Part shown: positions 45,718 through 54,894 of the stretch, piece after piece
Layout of the letters: each line of letters opens with the position of its first letter
Numbering within the stretch: the first letter of the stretch is position 1
Source: a virus
Reading direction: 5' to 3' (one strand)
Length of the DNA stretch: 64,000 nucleotides
Virus record (IMG/VR): IMGVR_UViG_3300031227_000013
The notes under the pieces: model-generated
Seen by the model: only the letters and a program-made list of their open reading frames with translations
Told to the model about the DNA's origin: nothing
Databases searched by the model: none
Translations under genes and position numbers: made by a program

Positions 45718-47322
45718 TTATACCAGATAATCGTTAGTTCGATTTAATGAAATAGATACTGAAGATGAGGTGCAGAAAAAAGAAACTGTATTAGCGCTGA
45801 CAGCCTGAGTCAGATCTGCTTCCACTGTTAAGGTATCTACACTTCTATAATAGTGCTGTTCTCCCGAAGGATCATACAAAAACCCTGTAAGAATCATGGG
45901 GGCGACAACCACAAGATTAGAGTCTGCTTCCAGAATAGCATGCGACAGTTCGGTTGTAGTAACATATCCTCGTTTAAGGGGAGTGCTGTTAACAGCCGCG
46001 GCAACCGCCGCTTTAAGAGTGTTTGCATCCGGAGTATCTCTGTAATCCGGATATTTAATGAGAGCTTCTACACCTACAAACATAGGGATAGGAGCTCTAA
46101 CAAGATAATCTCCAGCCGGGTTACGGAACTCTGGATCTGATATAGCATCCTGCAGTACGCCTATACTGGGGAGAAGCAGTACAGATACACTGAAAGTGGT
46201 AGTCTCCCCGACAGTTGTTCCACTCAGCCCTTCGAATATAAAAGTCGCTTCGGCTGTCTGATACTTAGTATATCGGGCATCTTCCCCTGTAGTACAGTCA
46301 GGAACATATACTTCATTAGATGTATCGCAGGAGAAGGTGTAATCCACATCTCCTGTATATGTCATAACTCCGCTGACATCCGCATGGGATACACTGTTTA
46401 CCATATAGAAACCGGGAGCGTCCGTTTTACTTATAAGGACTTTCCATTTACTTAAAGCAACATCCACCAGTGTTCCTGTCAAAGATAATGTTGTACTGGT
46501 TGGATAACTGGCAGTTCTACTGTATATATCTACTCTTCCTCCGGGATTTACTCCATAAACATTTGCTCGTCCACGAAGCATTTCAGAATCTCCCATTCCT
46601 ATAACTGATACGTCCTGAACATTGACAGAGGTATAGTCAGCAAATAAAGCCTCTACATGGGCTTTTCCGGAAGGTACTTTAGCTGTTACGCCTTCTGTAG
46701 CCCTGGCTTTCATTTCAGTCAAAGTTTCCTGAGAAGTTCCCCCTGAGAATGTGGATGATATTTCAGTACGTACGACATCTTCTAAAGTTATATTTGTTGT
46801 AGCCGTCTGCCCTATGGACAATACATTATTGGTGGGATCAACTGTGTTCGCCGGTATAATCATATACCAGGTAGTTGTATCATATTGTTGTAGAACTCTA
46901 TATCTGGAAGCATCCAGAACATCGGTCACATTAGCTACCCCTATATAAGTGTTGTCAATCTCCAATACATCTGTACCTACTGTGAATAAAGTTGTCGAGG
47001 GAATATATAAATCTGTATTACTAGAGGTGTATACGGCTAAATAACCACTGGATGTAGAACCCTCTTTTCTTGTCACATTATAATTGGACAGAAGAGCTTC
47101 TACCATTGTTTCATTCGTACTTTCAGATAGAGACAAGTTTGTTATAACCGTATTTATATCTTCTTCCTGAGACGTGTAGTATCGGGCAGCGGGCTTTATC
47201 ATCAGCTCCCTTAGGGCTGTACCGACAGATGTATCCAGACTGCTGTTATAGGAGGTCAACCAACCTGACAGAATCTCTTCATTTTCAAAAACTGTCGCAC
47301 TATCTAAATTTTCTAAACTCAT
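45718..47322 (-). CDS. Baseplate J-like (gp6-like) wedge protein
   Basis: SVGTALRELMIKP, VTRKEGSTSSGYL, FSGGTSQETLTEMKARA, GGRVDIYS. Confidence 0.75.
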   Translation of the reverse strand: MSLENLDSATVFENEEILSGWLTSYNSSLDTSVGTALRELMIKPAARYYTSQEEDINTVITNLSLSESTNETMVEALLSNYNVTRKEGSTSSGYLAVYTSSNTDLYIPSTTLFTVGTDVLEIDNTYIGVANVTDVLDASRYRVLQQYDTTTWYMIIPANTVDPTNNVLSIGQTATTNITLEDVVRTEISSTFSGGTSQETLTEMKARATEGVTAKVPSGKAHVEALFADYTSVNVQDVSVIGMGDSEMLRGRANVYGVNPGGRVDIYSRTASYPTSTTLSLTGTLVDVALSKWKVLISKTDAPGFYMVNSVSHADVSGVMTYTGDVDYTFSCDTSNEVYVPDCTTGEDARYTKYQTAEATFIFEGLSGTTVGETTTFSVSVLLLPSIGVLQDAISDPEFRNPAGDYLVRAPIPMFVGVEALIKYPDYRDTPDANTLKAAVAAAVNSTPLKRGYVTTTELSHAILEADSNLVVVAPMILTGFLYDPSGEQHYYRSVDTLTVEADLTQAVSANTVSFFCTSSSVSISLNRTNDYLV

Positions 47323-47324
47323 TA

Positions 47325-47747
47325 TTAAGCTCCACGTAAATTATAGGGTATTGTACTGCTTACAGCATCTCCGGAAACAGTAGTTATTGTTACATCAACT
47401 GAGACCGCCGAAGGATCCACACTGCTGACAGATGCTGTGACGTCAATACTGTCCAGCTGTTCATTCTCGGGAGTCGTGGAAGTCACAGACGATTGAATAT
47501 TTTCCCGAACTACATCAGCGGCTATTATAAATTGATTCTGAAGATCACTGGCTTGTGTAACATTACCTGTGATAAGCTGTATGATATCTGTTCCCATTTC
47601 AGGTATAAGAGCAGTTTCTTTGTCTTTGAATAACAAAGTTATAACTCTCTGTAGTAAAAGGAATGATCCTGTATTAACAGTATTATCGAATGCTAAGTCT
47701 ATCTCTGCCGGAAGAATTGTCGGCTCTGTGTAATTAAGATCCAGCAT
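47325..47747 (-). CDS. gp25-like baseplate wedge / sheath initiator
   Basis: LLQRVITLLF...PEMGTDI; size and position directly before baseplate J. Confidence 0.6.
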   Translation of the reverse strand: MLDLNYTEPTILPAEIDLAFDNTVNTGSFLLLQRVITLLFKDKETALIPEMGTDIIQLITGNVTQASDLQNQFIIAADVVRENIQSSVTSTTPENEQLDSIDVTASVSSVDPSAVSVDVTITTVSGDAVSSTIPYNLRGA

Positions 47748-48156
47748 GAGGTCCCACCTGATCTCCGAGTTTTTTATATTTATTTTCCATAAAGCCGTCT
47801 TTCTGATCTGCCAGTCCAGCTTCCAGTGATTTGTTAACAGCTACCGCTTCTATTCTGCTTCTGGAATATAATCGATTCGCTTTTTTAAATCCCAACAAAA
47901 AATAATAGGAGTTAGAACTAGTGACTAACTTCTCCGCATCCTGCTTACTTTTTTCTTCACTTATTTCCTTTTTGTATAAATCTACCGCCTCTTTCTCAAA
48001 AGTAGTTTCGTCTGTGTTAGAAGGGGCAGTCCATCTAGGATATGGTCTTTCCTGATCTACAGTACTTTCTACAGTTTTATCAAAAAAGTCTATAAATGAA
48101 TTAATAGCAGCTAATGTAGACTTAAGCGCCATATGCTTCTTCCAGTTTTTTAACAA
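47734..48156 (-). CDS. Hypothetical protein
   Basis: ORF track. Confidence 0.5.
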   Translation of the reverse strand: MLKNWKKHMALKSTLAAINSFIDFFDKTVESTVDQERPYPRWTAPSNTDETTFEKEAVDLYKKEISEEKSKQDAEKLVTSSNSYYFLLGFKKANRLYSRSRIEAVAVNKSLEAGLADQKDGFMENKYKKLGDQVGPHAGS

Positions 48157-48880
48157 TCTTATTTATACGAAGGCTTACCGCAGCTGGAGTAATATTTAAC
48201 TTTCGAGCTGTTTCACCTTTGGAAATTTTTCTAGCTCCCCCATATCCCGTAGTCCATTCAAATATTTTCTTATCCAGAGGGTCCATATCAAAGTATACGT
48301 AATCAGTCCAGACCTTTTCGTAATCTGCCCCTTTTGAAAAAAGAGTATCTCCTTTTTCGGTAAGAGCGGATGATGCGGATATTGTTCCTTTGTACTGTCT
48401 GGAATGTTCAATAGCTTTACGGGGAATACTTGTTATATCCGCCAACTCAGTCAAATTAGGTTCACGCCCGTATTCACTTTCAAAGGTTTTAGTTGCCTGA
48501 TATAATCTATTCTTATTAAGAAGTACGTTCTCAGGTACATGTACTGTGTATGTACGTTTGGCCTTTTCTCTATTCAAACCTTTTAGATTCTGATAGATAT
48601 ATGAAGGTAAAGCCATACCTTTTTTTGGGTCATACATATTAAAATAATCAACAGACATAAGTCTTGCTTTAGTTCTCAAAGCGTCCGAAGAAGTCCCACC
48701 GTATGACTTAAGTGCTTTATCTATAACAGGATCCATCTTTTTTAATAGAGGGGATAATGTTTTAGGGGTAGGGTCTGCTTTCCAATCCACATATTCCTGT
48801 GGAAGATCCGCTGTCTTATTTCTGGACGTTATACTCCTTGGAAAAGGATTATGAGTATATGTACTTTTAGTATCTGTCAT
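48122..48880 (-). CDS. Phage-encoded sigma70-family sigma factor (group 3, FliA/SigB/SigF-like)
   Basis: Region 2 YDPKKGMALPSYIYQNL, region 3 YGREPNLTELADIT, region 4 HTH SKGETARKLNITPAAVSLRINKIVKKL. Confidence 0.85.
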   Translation of the reverse strand: MTDTKSTYTHNPFPRSITSRNKTADLPQEYVDWKADPTPKTLSPLLKKMDPVIDKALKSYGGTSSDALRTKARLMSVDYFNMYDPKKGMALPSYIYQNLKGLNREKAKRTYTVHVPENVLLNKNRLYQATKTFESEYGREPNLTELADITSIPRKAIEHSRQYKGTISASSALTEKGDTLFSKGADYEKVWTDYVYFDMDPLDKKIFEWTTGYGGARKISKGETARKLNITPAAVSLRINKIVKKLEEAYGA

Positions 48881-48971
48881 TTTATCTCCGATTTTCTACC
48901 ATGGTAGACTTTCTAATAATGTACTACTTTTTTAGGTATTCTACAATTATTTATGCTAAACAGCCTTATGC

Positions 48972-50516
48972 TTAATCAGTAAATAAAGATACCTTTTTCA
49001 TAGTGTATTGATCATATAGCGGGTGCTTATCGAATCCGAATTCTTCATTCTGGGCTTCATTACGAATATATGCTACATTGGCAGTCAAGCTGAATTGACC
49101 GACAGCTGACCTTATAGACACAGACTGTACCTGTCCATATAAAATGCTGTCTCCAAATATTTCCTGAGCTATCTGATCCCCTGTAATGTCTATTTTTATT
49201 ACCATCCCAGGAGCGCAGTCAAATGTCAGGGGGAGTCCAAGTGTCATTGAATTCTTTCCCCATACTCGGGTATTGTACAAGCTTTTAGCTACTTTATTCA
49301 TAAAGGTATTTACATCTGTCCGAGCTAAATCCTTATACTTATCTTTAACAGTTATATTTTTTGTGTGCTGGGGTTCCCCTTTAGTTCCTACCTGGGGAGG
49401 TTTAGATGATTTACCGCGACTATGTAATCTGGTTAACTGAGCCCACGCTGGCAAAGGTAAATATTCATAAACTCCTGATACTGTAGGATCGGGCCATTGT
49501 ATAAAACCATACGCCAGTGAATTAGTCTTCACTCCCTTATCATTAGAATTATCTCCGAAACATAAACGGACTCCGGCTATGGGAATAGGATCTAACATTG
49601 TACGACTGTTTATACTGAATATATCTTTCGCCTTGACAGTACACATAGCATTTTTACTTAAAGGCATATTAGGGGCTATTACAGCTGAGGTAGCTGTAGG
49701 CATTAAGACTCCTTCATATTTAGTAGTGAGTTTACTCAGCAAAGTCCACCCATTACTATGCATCCACGTTTTTCCCAATGTCTTACATATTTCCTGTTTC
49801 ATGTGCCCATTAGTTGTATTCGTAGGAAGACCTATCCACATATTAGGGGATACTGTAATACCCGCTAATACCGCAAGAGATTTAGGCATAGCAGTTCTAC
49901 CCTTACTTTCCCCAGCCGCGTTTTTAAATTGATCTTTTCCTTCAGATTCATACAATTCTTCTAAAGAATTTACTAAATATTCTCCAACATTAAACCCTCC
50001 TAATTCTGTGTTATTTTTCATACCTGATATAGTCTTAACTATTGTTGACTGACGTCCTTTTTGGTTCTCCCTGTAAGCATCGTATACTACTGTAGCTGTA
50101 TTAGGTATCATCATAGCCCGAGCCATTGTAGCTAGTCCCCCTAATAAAGATAGTTTGTGGGTACAGGTAAGCACAGCCCCAACACTTGTTCCACTGGCAT
50201 TGCTTGCCTTGGAACCCCCTATTCCGGTAACCACTCCTTCAAATAGTACTCCACCAGCCCTTCCACCCCCGCGTACATGATTGTGGTAATACTTTATTTG
50301 TATTTCATCGCCCTCCTCAACTTCTGAAATAGTAAGCACAGGCACGGCATTCTTACCAATAACTTTAAATACATCCTTACCCACAGCCAGACGTATCTGA
50401 CAGGTAGGTATTCTGTTTACATTAAAGTTAACAACGAATCCCGAAACAGCAAACTCTTCATCATTTCGGAAGACGTGTGCCTCGACATTCTCAATATTTT
50501 TAATCGGAGGTGCCAT
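48972..50516 (-). CDS. Baseplate hub protein (gp27/gpD-like)
   Basis: Terminal MTLGLPLTFDCAPGMVIKI...GQVQSVSIRS...FSLTANV barrel pattern; synteny. Confidence 0.5.
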   Translation of the reverse strand: MAPPIKNIENVEAHVFRNDEEFAVSGFVVNFNVNRIPTCQIRLAVGKDVFKVIGKNAVPVLTISEVEEGDEIQIKYYHNHVRGGGRAGGVLFEGVVTGIGGSKASNASGTSVGAVLTCTHKLSLLGGLATMARAMMIPNTATVVYDAYRENQKGRQSTIVKTISGMKNNTELGGFNVGEYLVNSLEELYESEGKDQFKNAAGESKGRTAMPKSLAVLAGITVSPNMWIGLPTNTTNGHMKQEICKTLGKTWMHSNGWTLLSKLTTKYEGVLMPTATSAVIAPNMPLSKNAMCTVKAKDIFSINSRTMLDPIPIAGVRLCFGDNSNDKGVKTNSLAYGFIQWPDPTVSGVYEYLPLPAWAQLTRLHSRGKSSKPPQVGTKGEPQHTKNITVKDKYKDLARTDVNTFMNKVAKSLYNTRVWGKNSMTLGLPLTFDCAPGMVIKIDITGDQIAQEIFGDSILYGQVQSVSIRSAVGQFSLTANVAYIRNEAQNEEFGFDKHPLYDQYTMKKVSLFTD

Positions 50517-51201
50517 TTAAAAGACCATATAGGTTCATACTTACTGTGGCTAGTTTATTTATAGGGAAAGAGTCGTCAAAATAATTTGCTTTGTAGGTTT
50601 CATTACCCCATGGGATTTCTATATTTTCCAAGGAGCTAAGGATTCCCGTTACACTACGGATAAATTTTTGATGATAATCTATTCCTATGACAAAAGAAGA
50701 TGCGGGAAGTGTTCCCTGCATACGTAGATATAATTTATTAGATAGTAGTATCTTATCTGATAAATTATCTGTCATAACAAAAGTATATACTACAGTTCCC
50801 TGTCCTGAACTGGCTACTGTCGCTGTGAGGGCTGTTGGGTCTATATCTACTGAGAATGATTTATCGAGCCATACAGGATCATCGTCCGATTCATTGAGGA
50901 CGTACATCTGCATGTCTGTGCTGTGGATAACTTCATAAGAGTCATCACCCATACTTAGAATATCTACGGCATATGTATTCAGGATGTCATCAGCCAGTAG
51001 CTCGTTCTTGTATATGGATTCCGTGATAGTCTGTAGTAATTGCTCTGTACAGTAGGAACTATATTTAATCTCCCCTACAGGGACCATGAACTGATGTAGC
51101 TCTTTATACTTATCATCATATGTATAGGTATTGGGAGTTACAGCCCTTCCATCCGCACAGGTCTCTCCTCTATTTAATAATGTCCAGAATTTGTTAATCA
51201 T
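50500..51201 (-). CDS. Hypothetical baseplate-region protein
   Basis: ORF track. Confidence 0.5.
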   Translation of the reverse strand: MINKFWTLLNRGETCADGRAVTPNTYTYDDKYKELHQFMVPVGEIKYSSYCTEQLLQTITESIYKNELLADDILNTYAVDILSMGDDSYEVIHSTDMQMYVLNESDDDPVWLDKSFSVDIDPTALTATVASSGQGTVVYTFVMTDNLSDKILLSNKLYLRMQGTLPASSFVIGIDYHQKFIRSVTGILSSLENIEIPWGNETYKANYFDDSFPINKLATVSMNLYGLLNGTSD

Positions 51202-51642
51202 TTACTTTACCTTTCCTAGAAATGAAAATGAAAAAGTATATGTATTATCTTTACCGCCCACCAGATTAATATTAAGACTTACAAAGTACCCAGAAAGAGT
51301 CATACCACCTATTGCTATCCGAAGGGCTCTCCTAGCTTTAGTCGATCCTAGTTTATATTTTTTATAATACTTTACAAAATCTTTAGGGGTGCTTTTTAAA
51401 GTAGTTTTACAGGTTTCGTTCTGGAAAGCTATTCCGGTAATTCGGGACATACTTAGCTTATCCCCGAACATATATGCATATACATCTGAATTAAAAGCGT
51501 AGTTTATCTGGTAATTAAGATCAGTAGATCCCTGAAAATTTGTAAAAAATAAAGTACCTTTCAACCCTTCTATCGACATAGGGAGAATACGCGCTTTAGG
51601 GTATCCTGTAAGTACTTCTTCTGTAAATAAATCAACAGCCAT
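51202..51642 (-). CDS. Tube-fold baseplate protein (tube initiator-like)
   Basis: Follows the tape measure; similar size and pattern to the tube gene (Y...GD...ITG...C). Confidence 0.45.
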   Translation of the reverse strand: MAVDLFTEEVLTGYPKARILPMSIEGLKGTLFFTNFQGSTDLNYQINYAFNSDVYAYMFGDKLSMSRITGIAFQNETCKTTLKSTPKDFVKYYKKYKLGSTKARRALRIAIGGMTLSGYFVSLNINLVGGKDNTYTFSFSFLGKVK

Positions 51643-51643
51643 G

Positions 51644-53962
51644 TTATTCGATTCCCTCTTTTTTAGTTGTTACAACTTTTCCTTCAAGCATACTTTTAAA
51701 TAAATTATATATCTCTTCCAGCCAGGGCCTGGTTATTTCTTCGTTAATAAACTCTTCTTCTTTACCTTTAAATAAATCTTTATTAAGTGCATCCTGCTCC
51801 TTAGCAAAAGTCTGCAGTTCTTCCAGACTCATCTTTTTATCCTTAGTTTCTTTTGTGTCTATCTCAGCATCCGCTAACTTCTCTCTTATATATGCTGCTT
51901 TAGCTTTCCTTTTACCTGCATAGTCCAGCTGACTATATGTTTTACCTTTTTTAATGTTTCCTGAAATTCTGTCCAATGTACCTTCATTGCTGCCCTCATA
52001 ATCTTTAAAATCAGCATCCATATTATCTTTAAGATTATCGATTTCTTCCTGCACATCATGAACATCACCTTTGGAATCTATACCCCCAGCAGCTATAAGC
52101 TGTATTTTTTTCATAACTATCTGTTGTCTTTTAGCCTTTTCAGCTGCAGTACCTCCTTTTTTAATAAAATCAGATATTACTTTTTTACCTTTCCCCTGAA
52201 TCATTTCCTTCATAGCAGCCTTACTCTCATCAGTAGTCATTAATGCCAATAAATCCTTTGTAGCATCTTCCACACTTTCTCCAGCAGCTAATTTTTTTAA
52301 GAATCCGGAAATTCCACCCGATGTTTTCGATAGTTTTGTAGCTACCTCTCCCTGTATAGCAGCTTGTTCTGTCATACGTTTTGCTCTATCTATTTTAGCC
52401 ATGTGTTCAGACATTTGTTCCGCATTATCATACCCCTCATTAGTTGCTTGATAATTGTAGAATTCCCGTATTTGCCCAGACTTTGCTACATCATTTACCT
52501 TTTTTTCTAAATCCACTACATTGAGTTTTTCCATACCTTCTTTATATACACCCATTTCTTTGAGATACTCTATTCGTCTTTTATACATTCTCTGACGGGT
52601 TTGATTTATTGCGGTGTATGTTCCAGTATCATTTTTTGTGGCTTCATCTCTAGCAGCCATAGAAAAACGCCCCATTTCAACATCCCTGGCAGAGACAGTA
52701 CCTGTGGCGGTAGCGCCTTCCCCCGCCAATTCAGCTATTTTTTCAGCATTTAATACTTCTGAAGTAGTCATTGCCTTTTCTGAAAAAGTTTTTATTTCCG
52801 CTTCGGTATATCCTTTTTGACGCATAGCTACTTTAGCTGCTCCAACCATATGGCTCGTAGTACTTAATTGAGCTCCAGTCACACGGGCTGATACTACCTG
52901 GGCAAATCTATTAAGATTAATACCATGTAAAGCTCCCTCTCTGAAGCCCCCTGTCATAACACCTCCTATTATGAGTCCGGCACTTCCAGCCCCCTGAGTG
53001 TGCCCTGATATTTGTTGGGATATCATTCCACTGGCCCGAGCATACTGAGCTATCTGCCCTGTAGTGGTTCCGGTCATTTCAGCCATCTGCCGATATTGCT
53101 GCATCTTATCAGCAGCAGCTCCCAGCCCGAATGTGTTTATAGCCTGTCCACCGAAAGTAGATTCCAGCTGGCGTATAACCTCTGTCATAGGGCCTTTAAT
53201 AATATCACGGATACTGCTTATAGATTTAGCAGTAGCCTTAAGATTGTCTTTTATTTTAGTGGGATCACTTAAATCCCCTAACCCCCCACGCTGTGCCTGA
53301 AATTGTACAAGAGACCCCACATCCCGTCCGGACATATTCCCATACCGGGCTCTATTCTCCATGAAGTCTGTTTCGACCTCTTCTATAAGACCTGCAGTGC
53401 GTTTCTCACCTGTACCTGTACCCAGTAGGCGTTTTAAAATAGTTGTATTAGTAGTGTTGTCCTGAGGTCCTACAGGTGCTCCGTAGGTATATTGCATCGC
53501 GGCTAAGTTATTCCCGAACGCTTTTCCTATATTTGATGCACCGGACATGCCGGTTGTCATTTCTATAAGAGCTCTATTTATATCTGCAGGACCTTTATCC
53601 TCATTACCTGTCCTCTTTAGATATGCCTTAAAAACACGATCTTCTTCAGTTTTTCTGGCTCGGGCACTTTGAAAAGCCACCGATGCATTTACAGTTTGTT
53701 GTTGATGCTGGATTAATTGGGTTGCAGGATTCCAAGTAGAGTTATATCCCCCGACTGCTTTAAAGGGATCATCTCCAAATAATTGCTTACGTACAGCAGG
53801 GGCAAGATCAGACTTTATGATATGACTGCCTATCATACCAGGCAGGGAGTTTGACGGCACCATCATACCCCAGGTTGTCTGCATAGACTTATTTACAATA
53901 TCCTGCCCTCCGACAGGATTCTCGTTCATCATTTGAAGTAATGTGTCTTGCACTTGAGCCAT
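51644..53962 (-). CDS. Tail tape measure protein
   Basis: 772 aa, helical, Ala/Gly/Gln/Lys-rich; directly after the frameshifted chaperone pair. Confidence 0.65.
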   Translation of the reverse strand: MAQVQDTLLQMMNENPVGGQDIVNKSMQTTWGMMVPSNSLPGMIGSHIIKSDLAPAVRKQLFGDDPFKAVGGYNSTWNPATQLIQHQQQTVNASVAFQSARARKTEEDRVFKAYLKRTGNEDKGPADINRALIEMTTGMSGASNIGKAFGNNLAAMQYTYGAPVGPQDNTTNTTILKRLLGTGTGEKRTAGLIEEVETDFMENRARYGNMSGRDVGSLVQFQAQRGGLGDLSDPTKIKDNLKATAKSISSIRDIIKGPMTEVIRQLESTFGGQAINTFGLGAAADKMQQYRQMAEMTGTTTGQIAQYARASGMISQQISGHTQGAGSAGLIIGGVMTGGFREGALHGINLNRFAQVVSARVTGAQLSTTSHMVGAAKVAMRQKGYTEAEIKTFSEKAMTTSEVLNAEKIAELAGEGATATGTVSARDVEMGRFSMAARDEATKNDTGTYTAINQTRQRMYKRRIEYLKEMGVYKEGMEKLNVVDLEKKVNDVAKSGQIREFYNYQATNEGYDNAEQMSEHMAKIDRAKRMTEQAAIQGEVATKLSKTSGGISGFLKKLAAGESVEDATKDLLALMTTDESKAAMKEMIQGKGKKVISDFIKKGGTAAEKAKRQQIVMKKIQLIAAGGIDSKGDVHDVQEEIDNLKDNMDADFKDYEGSNEGTLDRISGNIKKGKTYSQLDYAGKRKAKAAYIREKLADAEIDTKETKDKKMSLEELQTFAKEQDALNKDLFKGKEEEFINEEITRPWLEEIYNLFKSMLEGKVVTTKKEGIE

Positions 53963-54327
53963 TATTTATTTTTCTCGTAGTTTCTGTACATTGCTATTGT
54001 TTTCGATACTTCGTCCTGAGCTTCGTCTGGAACTCCCCTTATATGTGTTTCTTTTTTAACCGACTCAGGTTTTTTCATTATCCACGGAATATTTGTACTT
54101 AGTAGATTTTTTACATTCGCCTGACTTGTAGCCCCATTATCATCTACTGTTATAGAAGTAACAAAGGCTTTAAGTTTGTATACATCAGCTAATAAGTTAC
54201 GCTCCAGATGACTAAATATGAAATGTTCTTTTAAAAGAGAATTTGTATCATTTCTTGATATCTTTGAAAAATCAAGACTTCCACCAGCATGGGCACTGAC
54301 GGCTAAACTCGCCCAGCGCCCTTCCAA
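53962..54327 (-). CDS. Tail assembly chaperone, -1 frameshift extension (T part of G/GT)
   Basis: Reachable by a -1 slip at A AAT TTT (54333-54327); poor independent start (TTG). Confidence 0.6.
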   Translation of the reverse strand: MEGRWASLAVSAHAGGSLDFSKISRNDTNSLLKEHFIFSHLERNLLADVYKLKAFVTSITVDDNGATSQANVKNLLSTNIPWIMKKPESVKKETHIRGVPDEAQDEVSKTIAMYRNYEKNK

Positions 54328-54878
54328 AAATTTTCGTCAAAACAACCCTCCGCGAGAGATACTAGCATTTCATTAAATTCACTATGCAGCTTACCTACTA
54401 TACCACTCAGTGTTTCAGGCCAGTTACCGAAACGCATATTATGTTCTCCCATAACCACTTCCAGATTGGATGTTGCCAGAGCGGATCTGTCAAATTCTAC
54501 CTTTTTATCCCCCTTTATATAATACGTAGAGGAAAATACCATTTTTACTTTAATAGCCTTAAGGACAAAGAACGGATCCTCTTTAATTTCATTAAGGACT
54601 CCCATCATAGCATCCGATTCTCTCGTGGATATATCCGTAAAGCATATTCGGAACATACCATCACCAATAGAATACTCTTTAGTAAAGAAAGTATCTCCCA
54701 GAATAGTTCGGAGATATTCTTTCTTATCTTCTTCACTGACGGGAACTATATTCTGTCTTGTATCCCATTGACATCTCTGACATAATACCTGCCCTCCCAT
54801 TGACGAATCATTCATAGATACTTCATCAACGACAGTCTCCTCAACTTTTACTTCCTTTGCTATATCCTGCTTTTCCAT
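54303..54878 (-). CDS. Tail assembly chaperone (G part)
   Basis: Precedes the tape measure; slippery heptamer near its 3' end. Confidence 0.6.
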   Translation of the reverse strand: MEKQDIAKEVKVEETVVDEVSMNDSSMGGQVLCQRCQWDTRQNIVPVSEEDKKEYLRTILGDTFFTKEYSIGDGMFRICFTDISTRESDAMMGVLNEIKEDPFFVLKAIKVKMVFSSTYYIKGDKKVEFDRSALATSNLEVVMGEHNMRFGNWPETLSGIVGKLHSEFNEMLVSLAEGCFDENFWKGAGRV

Positions 54879-54894
54879 CTCGAGCTCCTGTTTG

